Both the position numbers and the translations under genes were made by a program. From positions 1-6,864 of the IMG/VR virus record IMGVR_UViG_2875713109_000003: a stretch of 6,864 nucleotides of DNA; one strand, written 5' to 3'. The first letter of the stretch is position 1. Each line of letters begins with the position of its first letter. Below are positions 6,431-6,864 of the stretch, in pieces. A model generated the notes under the pieces. It searched no databases. It was not told where the DNA came from and saw only the letters and a program-made list of their open reading frames with translations. The DNA is from a virus (lineage: Duplodnaviria; Heunggongvirae; Uroviricota; Caudoviricetes).

Positions 6431-6864
6431 ATTTCAGCTCTGAACTGCTTAACAAAGGCAACAATTCTCCGGCATTCAGCATCAGTATTGAAGGCAGGGA
6501 TATCACCACTGTGCTGGACAACCGCCTGATGGGGCTTACGCTGACGGATAACCGGGGCTTTGAAGCGGACCAGCTTGATCTGGAGCTGGACGACGCTGAC
6601 GGAAAAATCGTGCTGCCGCGCCGTGGTGCGGTCATTACGCTGGCGCTGGGCTGGAAGGGGCAGCCGCTTTTCCCGAAGCGAAGCAGGGCGATTACCTGGT
6701 GGGTACGGATGAAAATGTGCTGGTACTTAATCGTACTTATGCCAACCGGAGCAACGCCGAGCGAGCGGCGAAAATGCAGTGGGAACGCCTGCAACGCGGC
6801 GTTGCGTCATTCTCGCTACAACTGGCGGAAGGGCGGGCAGATCTCTACACGGAAATGCCAGTGA
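6427..6864 (+). pseudogene. D: Tail protein D (P2 gpD / late control gene D family), disrupted: N-terminal ~80 codons in one frame, C-terminal-like sequence in another frame from ~6675
   Basis: The GTG at 6427 overlaps the U stop. Frame A gives MNFSSELL...RDIT...TDNRGFEADQLDLELDDADG...LALGWKGQPLF, which is gpD-like, then turns into W/C-rich nonsense and stops at 6862-6864. Frame B (open from 6600 to the window end) reads EAKQGDYLVGTDENVLVLNRTYANRSNAERAAKMQWERLQRGVASFSLQLAEGRADLYTEMPV, which is gpD C-terminal-like. Confidence 0.65.

Noticed and set aside
4484-6794. Overlapping ORFs 4484-4750(-), 4757-5167(-), 5028-5462(-), 5056-5256(+), 5201-5407(-), 5456-5773(-), 6010-6207(-) and 6399-6794(-)
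   Set aside because: They lie within or antisense to the dam, T, U and D coding sequences. GC-rich phage structural genes commonly produce long spurious alternative-frame ORFs. None has a convincing start context.
1-6864. CRISPR arrays, tRNA/rRNA genes, insertion-sequence inverted repeats and attachment-site cores
   Set aside because: No regularly spaced direct repeats, cloverleaf-like conserved tRNA segments or terminal inverted repeats were seen by eye. The int stop is at the window edge, so any attL core would lie outside the window.

Overview
This window looks like a defective P2/186-family prophage: the attL-proximal lysogeny/early arm joined by an internal deletion to the distal end of the tail operon. 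All family assignments are from reading the translations and recalling the P2/186 families; no database search was run. Minus strand, left to right: a complete tyrosine integrase (1-1014), an AT-rich single-gene insertion encoding a secreted protein of unknown family (1020-1568), and a 186-type CI repressor (1593-2207). A 101-bp switch region with a near-consensus sigma70 promoter (TTGACA-N17-TATTAT) follows. Plus strand: Apl/Cox-like protein, 186 CII-like protein, three small early ORFs, a TraR/DksA-type zinc-finger protein and a Dam-family adenine methyltransferase. Near 4860 the composition switches from AT-rich to GC-rich and the dam frame runs into out-of-frame tail sequence. Downstream are the C-terminal ~360 codons of the tape measure gene T, an intact U, and a D gene whose reading frame breaks near 6672. 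Replication, lysis, capsid and most tail genes are absent. No rRNA, tRNA or CRISPR array was seen. The most interesting element is the secreted-protein gene inserted in the cI-int lysogeny operon.
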